Shown here: positions 17,553 to 27,234 of the stretch, in pieces | How positions within the stretch are numbered: the stretch's first letter is position 1 | How the letters are laid out: each line of letters opens with the position of its first letter | Source: Microgenomates group bacterium | GTDB taxonomy: Bacteria; Patescibacteriota; Microgenomatia; PFEM01; JBNASD01 | NCBI GenBank assembly: GCA_049720225.1 | Contig: JBNASD010000001.1 | Span: 15,162 to 79,161 of the forward strand | Reading direction: 5' to 3' | DNA: 64,000 bases | Notes under the pieces: model-generated | The model's input: only the letters and a program-made list of their open reading frames with translations | Databases searched by the model: none | What the model was told of the DNA's origin: nothing | Made by a program: the position numbers and the translations under genes

Positions 17553-18415
17553 TGGAATTTTCAGAAGACGATTTATCGCCATCTTCTTTGATAGTTGACC
17601 CTAATTCTATACCAAGGCAGGGGAGTGGACAATTACTTGAAGAAAGATGTAGAGAAAATGAAATAGGAGAATACATTCCTGTATGTTATGATTTAGAAAA
17701 ATATTTTAAACTTCTTAGGGAAAGTAAAACTTATAAAAAAATTTTAGAAAAAAGAAAAAGTTCATTAAGAGAAAAAAGTAAAGAAGAAGGAAGTTTAGTA
17801 TCAGATGAAGAGATAGAAGCTGCCTTTTGGCAAACAGAAGAATTTAAACAGTTTTTTTGGGATTTTAATGAATACGTGATTCATTTAGGATACGATGAAG
17901 GTTTATATCCTCCTGAATTTAGAGAACTTTTGGAAAAATATATTGAAGCAGTTCATGACTGCTTCAATGCTGCTCAAAGTGGGAATCCTGATTTATTAAA
18001 AGAAAAAGATCTAGAAAGAAGTAGACTTCATGATGAAACAGCAAGAGCTTTGTTAAAAAGCGGAAGATTTCCTGATGAAGTTTGTCAAATAATTGAAAAA
18101 GCTTTCGGAGAAACTAATCCTTTAACTGCTAACAATATTAAAGAGTTTTTAGCAAGAATATTAGTAAGAGCATTTTTGGTAGATATGGGAGAGGATTACA
18201 TAGAATCAGCTCGCCAATCTGACCTTCTTAGAAAACTTAGGGTAATAGAAAATGAATGGGCAAGAAGGGAACTTGAAGCTGAATTTTTTGAAATGATGAA
18301 ATCTTTAGAAAAATTTCCACCAGAGGAAATAAAATTAATTCGTGAAAAATTTTGCCAAGCAAATAATAATAAAGTAACTTGGAGAAAAAGAGAAGAATTT
18401 TCAAAACCTAAATGA
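17552..18415 (+). CDS. hypothetical acidic cytoplasmic protein (287 aa)
   Basis: ATG overlaps the upstream TAA (TAATG) and a strong AGGAAGGAGGGTGGGAGG Shine-Dalgarno precedes it. Arg codons are ~18 AGA/AGG versus 2 CGN, unlike the neighbouring cysS/recR (mixed). No family recognised. Confidence 0.5.
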   Translation: MEFSEDDLSPSSLIVDPNSIPRQGSGQLLEERCRENEIGEYIPVCYDLEKYFKLLRESKTYKKILEKRKSSLREKSKEEGSLVSDEEIEAAFWQTEEFKQFFWDFNEYVIHLGYDEGLYPPEFRELLEKYIEAVHDCFNAAQSGNPDLLKEKDLERSRLHDETARALLKSGRFPDEVCQIIEKAFGETNPLTANNIKEFLARILVRAFLVDMGEDYIESARQSDLLRKLRVIENEWARRELEAEFFEMMKSLEKFPPEEIKLIREKFCQANNNKVTWRKREEFSKPK

Positions 18416-18430
18416 TAATAAAATTAAATA

Positions 18431-19837
18431 ATGATTAAACTTTACAACACCCTAACCCAAAAAAAAGAAATCTTTAAGCCAATTAAAAAAGGGGAAGTGG
18501 GAATTTATTCCTGTGGACCAACAGTTTATTGGAATCAGCATATTGGTCATATGTATGCTTATACCCAGTGGGATGTTTTGGTGCGCTTTTTAAGATGGAT
18601 GGGATATAAAGTGAAATGGGTGATGAATATTACTGACGTTGGTCATTTAACCTCCGATGCCGATACTGGAGAAGATAAAATGGAAAAGGGAGCTAAAAGG
18701 GAGGGATTAACTGTTTGGCAGTTAGCGGAGAAATATATTGCTCAATTTTTGGAAAGCTTAGAATTGTTAAATATTTCTCGTCCTGACGTTTTATGTCGAG
18801 CAACAGAGCATATTTCCCAACAGATTGAATTAATTAAAAAAATCGAAAAACGTGGTTTTACTTACAAGACGAAAATTGGTTTAGTTTTTGATACCTCAAA
18901 ATTTCCTGATTATCCAAAATTTGCTCGGTTAAATTTAAAAAAACAACTTCCTGGAGCTCGTTTAGAGGTAGATCCGGAGAAAAAATCTCCTTGGGATTTT
19001 TATTTATGGATTTATGGGCGACCAAACCATATTATGCAGTGGGATTCCCCATGGGGAAGGGGATTTCCTGGTTGGCATATTGAATGCACGGCGATGTCAA
19101 CTTATTATTTAGGAGAAAAATTTGATATTCATACTGGCGGAAAAGAACATATTCCTATTCATCATACTAATGAAATTGCTCAAGGATACGGGGCCTTTGG
19201 TCGGCAAACGGCTAATTTTTGGCTTCATAATGATTGGTTAAGATTAAAAGGGGAAAAGATGAGTAAAAGTAAAGGGAATATTTATACAATTCAAGATTTG
19301 GTTAAAAAAGGTTTTCACCCATTAGCTTTTCGTTATTTAGTATTAACTTCTCATTACCGAGGTGGATTAGATTTTGATTGGGAGAATTTAAAAGGAGCCC
19401 AAACAGCTTATTTTAGACTGATTGATTTTGTAAAAAGTTGGCAAGAAAAAAGTGAAAAAGAAAGCAAGAAAGAAGTTAAGAAAGAGAAAATAAAAAATGA
19501 ACACTTTAGAAAAAAATTTATTACTAAATTAAGTGATGATTTAAATATCCCCGAAGGGTTAGCAGTAGTTTGGGAATTAGTAAAAGCAGATCTACCAGAA
19601 AAAAATAAATTAGAATTAATTATTGATTTTGATAAAGTTTTAGGATTAAATTTAATTAAGGAAGCAAAAAAAGAAATTGCTATACCCTTAAAGATTAAGA
19701 AATTATTAGAAAAACGGGAAAAGTTTCGCCAAGAAAAAAAATGGAAAGAGGCAGATTTAATTCGCAAACAAATAGAAAAAGAAGGCTGGCGGGTAGAAGA
19801 TACCCCTGAGGGGGTAAAAATTAAAAAACTTGGTTAA
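18431..19837 (+). CDS. cysS: cysteinyl-tRNA synthetase
   Basis: Class I HIGH (NQHIGHMYA) and KMSKS motifs. 468 aa. Confidence 0.9.
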   Translation: MIKLYNTLTQKKEIFKPIKKGEVGIYSCGPTVYWNQHIGHMYAYTQWDVLVRFLRWMGYKVKWVMNITDVGHLTSDADTGEDKMEKGAKREGLTVWQLAEKYIAQFLESLELLNISRPDVLCRATEHISQQIELIKKIEKRGFTYKTKIGLVFDTSKFPDYPKFARLNLKKQLPGARLEVDPEKKSPWDFYLWIYGRPNHIMQWDSPWGRGFPGWHIECTAMSTYYLGEKFDIHTGGKEHIPIHHTNEIAQGYGAFGRQTANFWLHNDWLRLKGEKMSKSKGNIYTIQDLVKKGFHPLAFRYLVLTSHYRGGLDFDWENLKGAQTAYFRLIDFVKSWQEKSEKESKKEVKKEKIKNEHFRKKFITKLSDDLNIPEGLAVVWELVKADLPEKNKLELIIDFDKVLGLNLIKEAKKEIAIPLKIKKLLEKREKFRQEKKWKEADLIRKQIEKEGWRVEDTPEGVKIKKLG

Positions 19838-19867
19838 TTTTTAAAAAGGTGATAAGATTAATTTAAG

Positions 19868-20521
19868 GTGAATAAAAAAGGTAAGTTAAATATTCTTTTG
19901 ATTTTGACTTTAGGGATAACCTTTTTATCTTTTACCGCGATAATTTTTTTGGTCATTCTTTTCAATATTAGTAGCGCTCAATATCTGAAACAGCTAAAAA
20001 AACAAGAGCCACAACTTCCCAACCAAGAAACGGTAAAACCAAGTGAAGTGTTAAATAAAAAATCGTTTTATTCCGGAAAAAAGATTATTTTAAGAGGAAA
20101 AGTAATTCAAGAATCGGTAGTCTGCGAGAAAAAAGAATGTCCCAATGATGATCCCTGTTGTGGTTGTCCTTCAGAAAGAGATTTATTGATAATTGATTCA
20201 GATGCCCTTTTAACTTCAAAAACCAAAGAGGCTTTAAAACTATTAGGTAAAGATAGTGAGAGTTTTTGCCAACGAGAGAAAGGAAGTTGTCGTTATTTGT
20301 GTTCTGGATGGAATAGTGGAGCTCTCTATGATGTTTATGGTGAATTTTGGGCAGAAGCGCCTCCGCCAGGTTGGAATAAATCGCTAGAATATTATTTTAC
20401 GGTTGAGGGAAAAAATTTGGTAAAAACACAAAATTTTGGAGAGAGAGTTAATGTTTTGATTGAAGAAGTGAAAGGAATATTTAAAAACCTACGAACTAGT
20501 GGTTATTATGTTTTGCCATAA
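19868..20521 (+). CDS. hypothetical secreted/membrane-anchored Cys-rich protein
   Basis: N-terminal TM/signal anchor, then 11 Cys (CEKKECPNDDPCCGCP...CQREKGSCRYLCSGW). 217 aa. Confidence 0.5.
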   Translation: MNKKGKLNILLILTLGITFLSFTAIIFLVILFNISSAQYLKQLKKQEPQLPNQETVKPSEVLNKKSFYSGKKIILRGKVIQESVVCEKKECPNDDPCCGCPSERDLLIIDSDALLTSKTKEALKLLGKDSESFCQREKGSCRYLCSGWNSGALYDVYGEFWAEAPPPGWNKSLEYYFTVEGKNLVKTQNFGERVNVLIEEVKGIFKNLRTSGYYVLP

Positions 20522-20526
20522 AAATA

Positions 20527-21363
20527 ATGAGTAATCTTTCTGTGGGGATTGTTGGTTTACCCAATAGCGGAAAAAGCACCCTCTTTAATACCTTACTAAA
20601 AAGACAGGTTGCTCAGGTAGGAAATTATCCTTTTACTACTATTGAACCTAACGTTGGAATAGTGGAAGTTCCTGATGATAATTTAATTGCTTTAATGGAT
20701 TTGATTAACCCGGAAAAAGTAATTCCGGCGACGGTAAAATTTATTGATATTGCTGGTTTAGTAAAAAATGCTCATCAAGGAGAAGGCTTAGGAAATCAAT
20801 TTTTAGCTAAAATTCGGGAAGTTGATGCGATTGTTCATATTATCCGGGGATTTGAAAATCCCGATATTCCTCATTTTTACGGCTCAATTGATCCTTTACG
20901 AGATAAAGAAATCGTTGATTTAGAGCTAGAATTAGCAGGGATAAAAAAACCAACGATTTATGTTTTAAATTGTTCTTTAAAAGAAGGGCAAAAATTTAAT
21001 TTTCCTGGATGGTTAACGATTGATGCCCAAACAGGAGAGGGAATTGATGAATTAATTAAAAATGCTTATAATGTTTTGGGTTTAATTACTTTTTATACGA
21101 TTAAAGGAGGAAAAGAAATTACCGCCTGGGCAATTAAAAAAGGAACCACCGCTTTAGAAGCGGCAGGAAAAGTTCATAGCGATATGGCGAAGGGATTTAT
21201 TAAAGCGGAGGTAATTGGAATAGAAGAACTTTTAGAAATTGGTCAGCAAGAGAAGGGAAAAGGGGTATGGACAAAAGCTAAAAGTTTAGGTAAAATAAGA
21301 CTTGAAGGTCGCGATTATCAAGTCAAAAACGGCGAGGTAATCGAATTTAAATTTAATATTTAA
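20527..21363 (+). CDS. ychF: ribosome-binding ATPase YchF (short form with reduced helical insertion)
   Basis: G1 GLPNSGKST, NYPFTTIEPN, a C-terminal TGS domain. 278 aa against ~360 typical. Confidence 0.85.
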   Translation: MSNLSVGIVGLPNSGKSTLFNTLLKRQVAQVGNYPFTTIEPNVGIVEVPDDNLIALMDLINPEKVIPATVKFIDIAGLVKNAHQGEGLGNQFLAKIREVDAIVHIIRGFENPDIPHFYGSIDPLRDKEIVDLELELAGIKKPTIYVLNCSLKEGQKFNFPGWLTIDAQTGEGIDELIKNAYNVLGLITFYTIKGGKEITAWAIKKGTTALEAAGKVHSDMAKGFIKAEVIGIEELLEIGQQEKGKGVWTKAKSLGKIRLEGRDYQVKNGEVIEFKFNI

Positions 21364-21372
21364 AAGGAAAAA

Positions 21373-21684
21373 ATGCGAGATTACGAGTTAACTTTGTTAA
21401 TTGATCCTGATTTAGGGCCAGACAAACAAAAAACTTTTCTTCAGAAAATAAAAAAAATAATTGAAGAATTAAAGGGAAAAGTTGAGAAGACTAAAGAGTG
21501 GGGAAAAAGAATTTTAGCTTACCCCATTAAGAAGAAAGAAATGGGGTATTATTTTTTATGGGAAATAAATTTTGATCCAACAGGCTTGAAAAAATTAGAA
21601 GAAAAACTTAAACTAGAAGAATATCTTTTACGTTATTTAATTGTCAGAAAACAAAAAGAGAAGAAAGGAGGAAATAAAAAATAA
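21373..21684 (+). CDS. rpsF: 30S ribosomal protein S6
   Basis: MRDYELTLLIDPDL is typical of S6. Confidence 0.85.
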   Translation: MRDYELTLLIDPDLGPDKQKTFLQKIKKIIEELKGKVEKTKEWGKRILAYPIKKKEMGYYFLWEINFDPTGLKKLEEKLKLEEYLLRYLIVRKQKEKKGGNKK

Positions 21685-21685
21685 C

Positions 21686-22237
21686 ATGGCAACTCGTTCT
21701 TTAAACAAAGTTCAACTTATCGGGAATTTAACCCGAGATCCAGAATTAAGATACACTCCCCAAGGAACACCTGTTTGTACCTTTGGGTTAGCCACCAACC
21801 GTCAATGGGTGACGGAAAAAGGAGAAAGAAAGGAGGAGACAGAGTTTCATCAGATTGTGGCGTGGAATAAATTAGCCGAGCTTTGCGCTCAGCTTCTGTT
21901 TAAAGGAAGAAAAGTTTATGTTGAAGGAAGACTACAAACACGGCGCTGGACTGGTCCTGACGGAAGTGAAAGGCAACGCCAAGAGGTAGTCATTAGCGAT
22001 ATGATGATACTTGATAGTCGTCGGGCGCCGGGAGAGGAAAAGGTAGAAGAAAAATTGGAGGAAGTTTTACCTCAAGAAGGAGAGGTTCCTCCCGAAGAGC
22101 TTCCTCCAGTGGAAGAAATGTCACCAGCTGAAAGTGAGGGAAAAACTACCGATAAGGCTTCAGAAGGAGAAGTTTCTGGTGGAGAAGAAAATAAACAAGA
22201 GGAAGAAAAAGTAAGTCCTGATGATATTCCTTTTTAA
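21686..22237 (+). CDS. ssb: single-stranded DNA-binding protein
   Basis: OB fold (NKVQLIGNLTRDPELRYT); an acidic tail ending DDIPF. I place the start at the ATG at 21686; the listed ORF begins earlier, at 21641. Confidence 0.85.
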   Translation: MATRSLNKVQLIGNLTRDPELRYTPQGTPVCTFGLATNRQWVTEKGERKEETEFHQIVAWNKLAELCAQLLFKGRKVYVEGRLQTRRWTGPDGSERQRQEVVISDMMILDSRRAPGEEKVEEKLEEVLPQEGEVPPEELPPVEEMSPAESEGKTTDKASEGEVSGGEENKQEEEKVSPDDIPF

Positions 22238-22256
22238 ATTTTAAAAATTTTAAAAA

Positions 22257-22490
22257 ATGGTAAAGACCAAAAAGAAAATTAAAAAAGATAAAGGTTGTTT
22301 ATTTTGTCAAGAGAATTTAATTCCGGATTACAAAGAGCCGGAAATATTACAGCAGTTTATTTCCGAAAGGGGAAAAATTATTCCTCGAAGTCGGACGGGA
22401 ATTTGTGCCAAACACCAGCGGAAACTAACCCGAGAAATTAAGCGCGCCAGATATTTGGCGCTTCTTCCTTTTGTTACTCAAATTAGGTAA
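22257..22490 (+). CDS. rpsR: 30S ribosomal protein S18
   Basis: Typical S18 core; conserved rpsF-ssb-rpsR order. Confidence 0.85.
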   Translation: MVKTKKKIKKDKGCLFCQENLIPDYKEPEILQQFISERGKIIPRSRTGICAKHQRKLTREIKRARYLALLPFVTQIR

Positions 22491-22502
22491 AATTTTTAAG
22501 TA

Positions 22503-23726
22503 ATGAAAATAAGCCTGCACCAAATAAGAAAGTTTTCCTTAATTTTGCTTTTGGTTTTAATTTCCGGTGCTAGTGGATGGTGGTTGGCAAAAAATGAAGA
22601 AAAGCTTTTTTTAATAAGAAAAAACCCCTCAAAAGAAATAAAAGAAACATTTAATAATCCGCGAAATTTAGATTTTTCTTTGTTTTGGCAAGTTTGGGAT
22701 CAATTAGAAAAATCTTATATTGATAAAAAAGCTTTGGATTCTCAAAAGATGTTTTTGGGGGCAATAAAAGGAATGGTTGAGGCAGTAGGAGACCCCTATA
22801 CCTTTTTTCTTTCCCCTGAAGAAAACAAAGAAAATAAAGATGATCTAAGTGGAGAGTTTGAGGGAATTGGGGTTCAATTAGGATATAAGGACCATCAATT
22901 AGCGGTAATTGCTCCCTTAAAAGGAACACCAGCAGAGAAGGCGGGAATAAAAGCAGGCGATTTAATTTTAAAAATTGGCGATCAGGATGCCAGTGAGGTA
23001 ACTCTTTATCAAGCAGTAAAAATGATTCGCGGTCCTAAAGGAACCAAAATAAAACTTACTCTTCTTCGTCCTTCAGAAACGGAACCCTATGAAGTGGTAA
23101 TTGAGAGAGATAAAATTTTAGTTCCCAGTGTTGAATTAGAGTTTGTTAAAAAAGAAGGAAAGGAAATTGCTTATTTAAAATTAAGTCGGTTTGGCGAAAA
23201 AACAGAAGAAGAATGGCAAAAGGCGGTAGACCAAATAGTTAATCATCAGCCAAGAGTAGAAGGATTAATTTTGGATTTAAGGAATAATCCCGGCGGTTAT
23301 CTTACTGGTTCGATTTTTATCGCTTCGGAATTTTTAAAGAAGGGGGTAATTGTTCAACAGGAGTCAGGAAAGGGAGTAAAAGAAACTTATTCGGTTAATC
23401 GAAAGGGAAGGTTAACAGAAATTAAAATGGTGGTTTTGGTAAATGAGGGGAGCGCTTCTGCTTCAGAAATTGTTGCGGGGGCTTTAAAAGATTATCAGCG
23501 AGCGAAAATAATTGGCGAGAAAACTTTTGGTAAAGGAACAATTCAAGAAGCGCAAGATTTTCCCGATGGTTCTGGTCTTCATGTAACTACCGCCCGTTGG
23601 CTTTTGCCTAGCGGCAATTCAATTGAGAAAAATGGGATTACTCCAGATATCATAATAGAAGACGATTCGGATACTCCAATTGATGAACCTCTTGAAAAAG
23701 CAAAAGAGGTAGTATTAAAATTTTAA
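22503..23726 (+). CDS. ctpA: carboxyl-terminal processing protease (S41) with PDZ
   Basis: N-terminal TM; PDZ domain (GIKAGDLILKIGDQ); S41 catalytic region GSASASEIVAGAL. Confidence 0.85.
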   Translation: MKISLHQIRKFSLILLLVLISGASGWWLAKNEEKLFLIRKNPSKEIKETFNNPRNLDFSLFWQVWDQLEKSYIDKKALDSQKMFLGAIKGMVEAVGDPYTFFLSPEENKENKDDLSGEFEGIGVQLGYKDHQLAVIAPLKGTPAEKAGIKAGDLILKIGDQDASEVTLYQAVKMIRGPKGTKIKLTLLRPSETEPYEVVIERDKILVPSVELEFVKKEGKEIAYLKLSRFGEKTEEEWQKAVDQIVNHQPRVEGLILDLRNNPGGYLTGSIFIASEFLKKGVIVQQESGKGVKETYSVNRKGRLTEIKMVVLVNEGSASASEIVAGALKDYQRAKIIGEKTFGKGTIQEAQDFPDGSGLHVTTARWLLPSGNSIEKNGITPDIIIEDDSDTPIDEPLEKAKEVVLKF

Positions 23727-23732
23727 AAGAAA

Positions 23733-24902
23733 ATGAAAACAGTCAAAAAATTTTTAATCGGAATTGCTATTGGTTTGGTAATTCTTGCCTCTCTTTTAGG
23801 GGGAGCAATTTCAGATCGGCTATTTGGTTATCGAATTTTAGACCGCTTTTTTCCTCGTCCTTCTTCTGAAGGGAAAGAAATTGTAAAACAGAGATTATTA
23901 ACTGAAGAATCGGTAGTAATTGAGGTGGCGGAGAAGGTTTCTCCCAGTGTAGTAACCGTCGGAATTACCAAAACGCAAAAAGTTTTGGATTTATTTGAAT
24001 GGGATCCATTTATGGACCCTTTTGGTTTTTTCCGCTCTCCAAAAACTAAAGAAGAAAAAATTCAGCAAGATATTGGCAGTGGATTTATTATTTCTTCTGA
24101 TGGTTTGGTAGTTACTAATAAGCATGTTGTAGCTGATACTCAAGCTAAGTACCGAGTAATTACTAAGGATGATAAAGAATATGAAGTTAAAAAAATTTAT
24201 CGTGATCCAGTTAACGATTTAGCAATTCTTAAAATTGAAGCGACAGGATTAAAACCAGTAGAGTTAGGCGATTCGGACAATCTTAAAGTAGGGCAATTTG
24301 TAATAGCGATTGGAACAGCCTTAGGTCAATTTCGTCATACCGTTACCACCGGGGTAATTTCTGGATTAGGAAGAGGAATTACCGCCGGTTCTCCCTTTGA
24401 AGGATATGTTGAAAGATTAGATAACGTGATTCAAACAGACGCGGCCATTAATCCAGGAAACTCTGGTGGTCCACTTTTAAATTCTGCCGGTCAGGTAATT
24501 GGAGTAAATGTCGCCGTGGCCGCCGAAGGACAAAATATTGGCTTTGCTTTACCGATTAATTTAGTTAAAGAAACAATTAAAACCTTTGAAGAAACAGGCC
24601 GATTTGAAAGACCATTTTTAGGGGTTCGCTATCGAATGATTTCTCAGGATTTAGCTTTATTAAATGATGTTCCCCAAGGAGCTTATGTAGTGGAAGTAGT
24701 TGATAATTCGCCGGCTGACAAAGCAGGAATTAAAGAGGGAGATATTATCACTAAACTTGATGGTCAACCGGTAAGGGAAAAAGACGGGGGATTGGCAAAA
24801 TTAATTAATCAAAAAAAGGTAGGGGAGAGGGTAAAAATTACCATTTGGCGAGACGAAAAAGAAAAAGAACTAGAAGTAGTTTTAGCCGAGATGAGTGAGT
24901 AA
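23733..24902 (+). CDS. htrA: HtrA/DegP-family trypsin-like serine protease with one PDZ
   Basis: TNKHVV, GNSGGPL, C-terminal PDZ. 389 aa. Confidence 0.85.
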   Translation: MKTVKKFLIGIAIGLVILASLLGGAISDRLFGYRILDRFFPRPSSEGKEIVKQRLLTEESVVIEVAEKVSPSVVTVGITKTQKVLDLFEWDPFMDPFGFFRSPKTKEEKIQQDIGSGFIISSDGLVVTNKHVVADTQAKYRVITKDDKEYEVKKIYRDPVNDLAILKIEATGLKPVELGDSDNLKVGQFVIAIGTALGQFRHTVTTGVISGLGRGITAGSPFEGYVERLDNVIQTDAAINPGNSGGPLLNSAGQVIGVNVAVAAEGQNIGFALPINLVKETIKTFEETGRFERPFLGVRYRMISQDLALLNDVPQGAYVVEVVDNSPADKAGIKEGDIITKLDGQPVREKDGGLAKLINQKKVGERVKITIWRDEKEKELEVVLAEMSE

Positions 24903-24906
24903 AAGA

Positions 24907-25590
24907 TTAGCCTACGATTTTCTCCAAACTTCCATTCAAAATATTTTCCAAATCATACCAGGATTTTTTCAGTCGATGATCGGTTACCCGATTTTGGGGG
25001 AAATTATAAGTACGAATTTTTTCTGCCCTCATTCCTCGGCCAATAGCCGAGCGATAACCAGCAATCGTTTGTTCTTTTTTAAGCTCTTCTGCTTCCCAAA
25101 TTTTACTTCGTAAAAGCTGTAAGGCTAATTCTCGATTTTGAAATTGTGATCTTTCTTGTTGACAAACAACCGTAATTCCCGTTGGTTTATGAGTTAATCT
25201 TACAGCGGAATTAACCTTTTGAACGTTTTGTCCTCCCTGAGAAGAGGCGCGGAAAAATTGCCAATCCAAATCGGCGGGATTAATTTTAATTTCTTCTTCT
25301 TTAATTTCCGGTAAAACAACAACCGTTGCGGTTGAAGTGTGAATTCGGCCATATCTTTCCGTTTTGGGAACTCGTTGAACTCGGTGGACTCCTGATTCGT
25401 TTTTTAGTTTTTGATAAATATCAGGAGGACCGCTGATTTTTAAAATTCCACCACTTAAAATTTCTGCCTTCCATCCCTGTTTTTCGGCAAAGCGATAATA
25501 CATTCTTAACAAATCATCGGCCCAAATTTTGGCTTCTTCACCACCGACACCAGGACGAATTTCAATGATGACAAAGCGAGAATTATTCAT
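24907..25590 (-). CDS. class I peptide chain release factor, RF1-like (PxT = PKT, GGQ), lacking N-terminal domain 1
   Basis: 227 aa. It aligns to E. coli RF1 from about residue 105 to the end (EIRPGVGGEEA..., GVHRVQRVPKTE, SSQGGQNVQK, RTYNFPQNRVTDHR). There is no room for an N-terminus, because rpmE ends 10 nt upstream. Confidence 0.75.
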   Translation of the reverse strand: MNNSRFVIIEIRPGVGGEEAKIWADDLLRMYYRFAEKQGWKAEILSGGILKISGPPDIYQKLKNESGVHRVQRVPKTERYGRIHTSTATVVVLPEIKEEEIKINPADLDWQFFRASSQGGQNVQKVNSAVRLTHKPTGITVVCQQERSQFQNRELALQLLRSKIWEAEELKKEQTIAGYRSAIGRGMRAEKIRTYNFPQNRVTDHRLKKSWYDLENILNGSLEKIVG

Positions 25591-25600
25591 AATTTATTTT

Positions 25601-25918
25601 TTATTCTTTAGAAGGTTTTTTGATTCTTCTTTTAAGCATTTCTTTGAGGCTAAGCGGTTTTTCTTCTTTGATTTCTGCTTTTCGGCGATCTTTTTTCTTT
25701 TGGTAGGGTTTAGCTTTAGCTAAGGCGACTTTCTTTTGGAATTTTTCCACTCTTCCTTGGGTATCAACAAATTTCATTTTACCAGTAAAAAAGGGGTGAC
25801 AATGAGAACAAACCTCAACGTTAATTTCTGGCAGAGTAGAACCCACGGTAAAAGTATTTCCACAAGTACAAGTTACTTTGGCTTCGGGATACCATTTTGG
25901 ATGAATATTTGGTTTCAT
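25601..25918 (-). CDS. rpmE: 50S ribosomal protein L31 with ~40-aa Lys-rich C-terminal extension
   Basis: [23 protein letters not shown]...[11 protein letters not shown] is the L31 core. The tail [23 protein letters not shown]... is extra. Confidence 0.85.
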   Translation of the reverse strand: MKPNIHPKWYPEAKVTCTCGNTFTVGSTLPEINVEVCSHCHPFFTGKMKFVDTQGRVEKFQKKVALAKAKPYQKKKDRRKAEIKEEKPLSLKEMLKRRIKKPSKE

Positions 25919-25931
25919 AAAATTAATTTTA

Positions 25932-27194
25932 TCATAAGTTAAAATATTTTAAAAGAGAAGATTGGGGAATAGTTTCTTGGGTTTTATTTTGGAGATTTTT
26001 AATAGTTACTTTCTTAGATTTTACTTCATCAGGGCCGATAATAAGAACAAAGAGAATGCCTTGTTTATCCGCATATTTTAACTGTTTTTCTAATTTTTCT
26101 GGTTGAAGGTATATTTCCGTAGGAACTTTTGCCTGGCGAAGAAAACGAGCAATTTTTAAAGAATTTCGATATAAGGATTCATCAAAAACAGTAACTAAAA
26201 CTTTAGTAGGAAGGGGATTAATTTTTGGCCATTTACCAAATTTTTCTAAAACTTGCTGAATTACTTTATCCCCAGCGGCAAAACCAACACCGGGAATTCG
26301 TGGCCCCCCAATAACTTCTACTAAGTTGTCATATCTTCCTCCTCCCAATATTGCTCGAAATTCTCCTTTTCGGTCGCGAGCTTCAAAAACAGTTCCCGTA
26401 TAATAATCTAGTCCTCTCACAATTAAGGGATCAAACTCTACATATTTTTCCACTCCTAAATCTTTTAAAGTAGAAAAAATTGCGGTTAATTCTTCTGATT
26501 CACCGGCAAAATCTTTATCCTTAAGAATTTTTTTAAGATCGGCAATTTGCAGTTTATCAAGACCAATTTCTTTTAACCAGGCCTCCCATTCTTCTTCTTT
26601 CATTTTTTCTTTTTTATCGATTGCTTTAAAGATTTGAGGAATTTTTGATTTAGGAATTTCGATTAAATCAAGTTTTTTTTCCATTAATTGCCGATGGTTC
26701 ACTTTTATTACTACTTGAGAGGGAGTTAACCCCACCTCTTTTAAAAATTCCACCGCTAAGGCAATAACTTCTGCATCCGCTTCTGGCGATTCCCACCCTA
26801 ACAAATCAACATCCCATTGATAAAATTCCCTGGTTCTTCCTTTTTGGGGTTTTTCGTAACGCCAGCGCGGACCAATAGAAAACCAACGAATTGGTCGAGG
26901 AAGTGTTTCTTGTTTTTGGGCTACCATTCGCGCCAAAGTGGGGGTTAATTCTGGTCTTAAGGCTAATTTTTCACCACTTTTGGTTTTGACTATAAAAGTT
27001 TGTTCTTTAACTAATTCCTCCCCAGATTTTGCGGCATATAAAGCAAAAGATTCTAAACAAGGACCTTCATATTCTTGGTACCCAAAAAGGCGAGAAACAG
27101 AACGCATTTTTTCAAAAAGCCACCGGCGGGTAGCCATTTGCGGAGGATAAAAATCTTCAAACCCACGGACTAAGGAAAATTTTAATTTTTTCAT
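25932..27194 (-). CDS. hisS: histidyl-tRNA synthetase
   Basis: Class II motifs ([19 protein letters not shown]; GGGRYD). 420 aa. Confidence 0.9.
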   Translation of the reverse strand: MKKLKFSLVRGFEDFYPPQMATRRWLFEKMRSVSRLFGYQEYEGPCLESFALYAAKSGEELVKEQTFIVKTKSGEKLALRPELTPTLARMVAQKQETLPRPIRWFSIGPRWRYEKPQKGRTREFYQWDVDLLGWESPEADAEVIALAVEFLKEVGLTPSQVVIKVNHRQLMEKKLDLIEIPKSKIPQIFKAIDKKEKMKEEEWEAWLKEIGLDKLQIADLKKILKDKDFAGESEELTAIFSTLKDLGVEKYVEFDPLIVRGLDYYTGTVFEARDRKGEFRAILGGGRYDNLVEVIGGPRIPGVGFAAGDKVIQQVLEKFGKWPKINPLPTKVLVTVFDESLYRNSLKIARFLRQAKVPTEIYLQPEKLEKQLKYADKQGILFVLIIGPDEVKSKKVTIKNLQNKTQETIPQSSLLKYFNL

Positions 27195-27234
27195 TTTTAT
27201 TGATTATAAAATTTACCCCTTTAAGTGTCAATTT

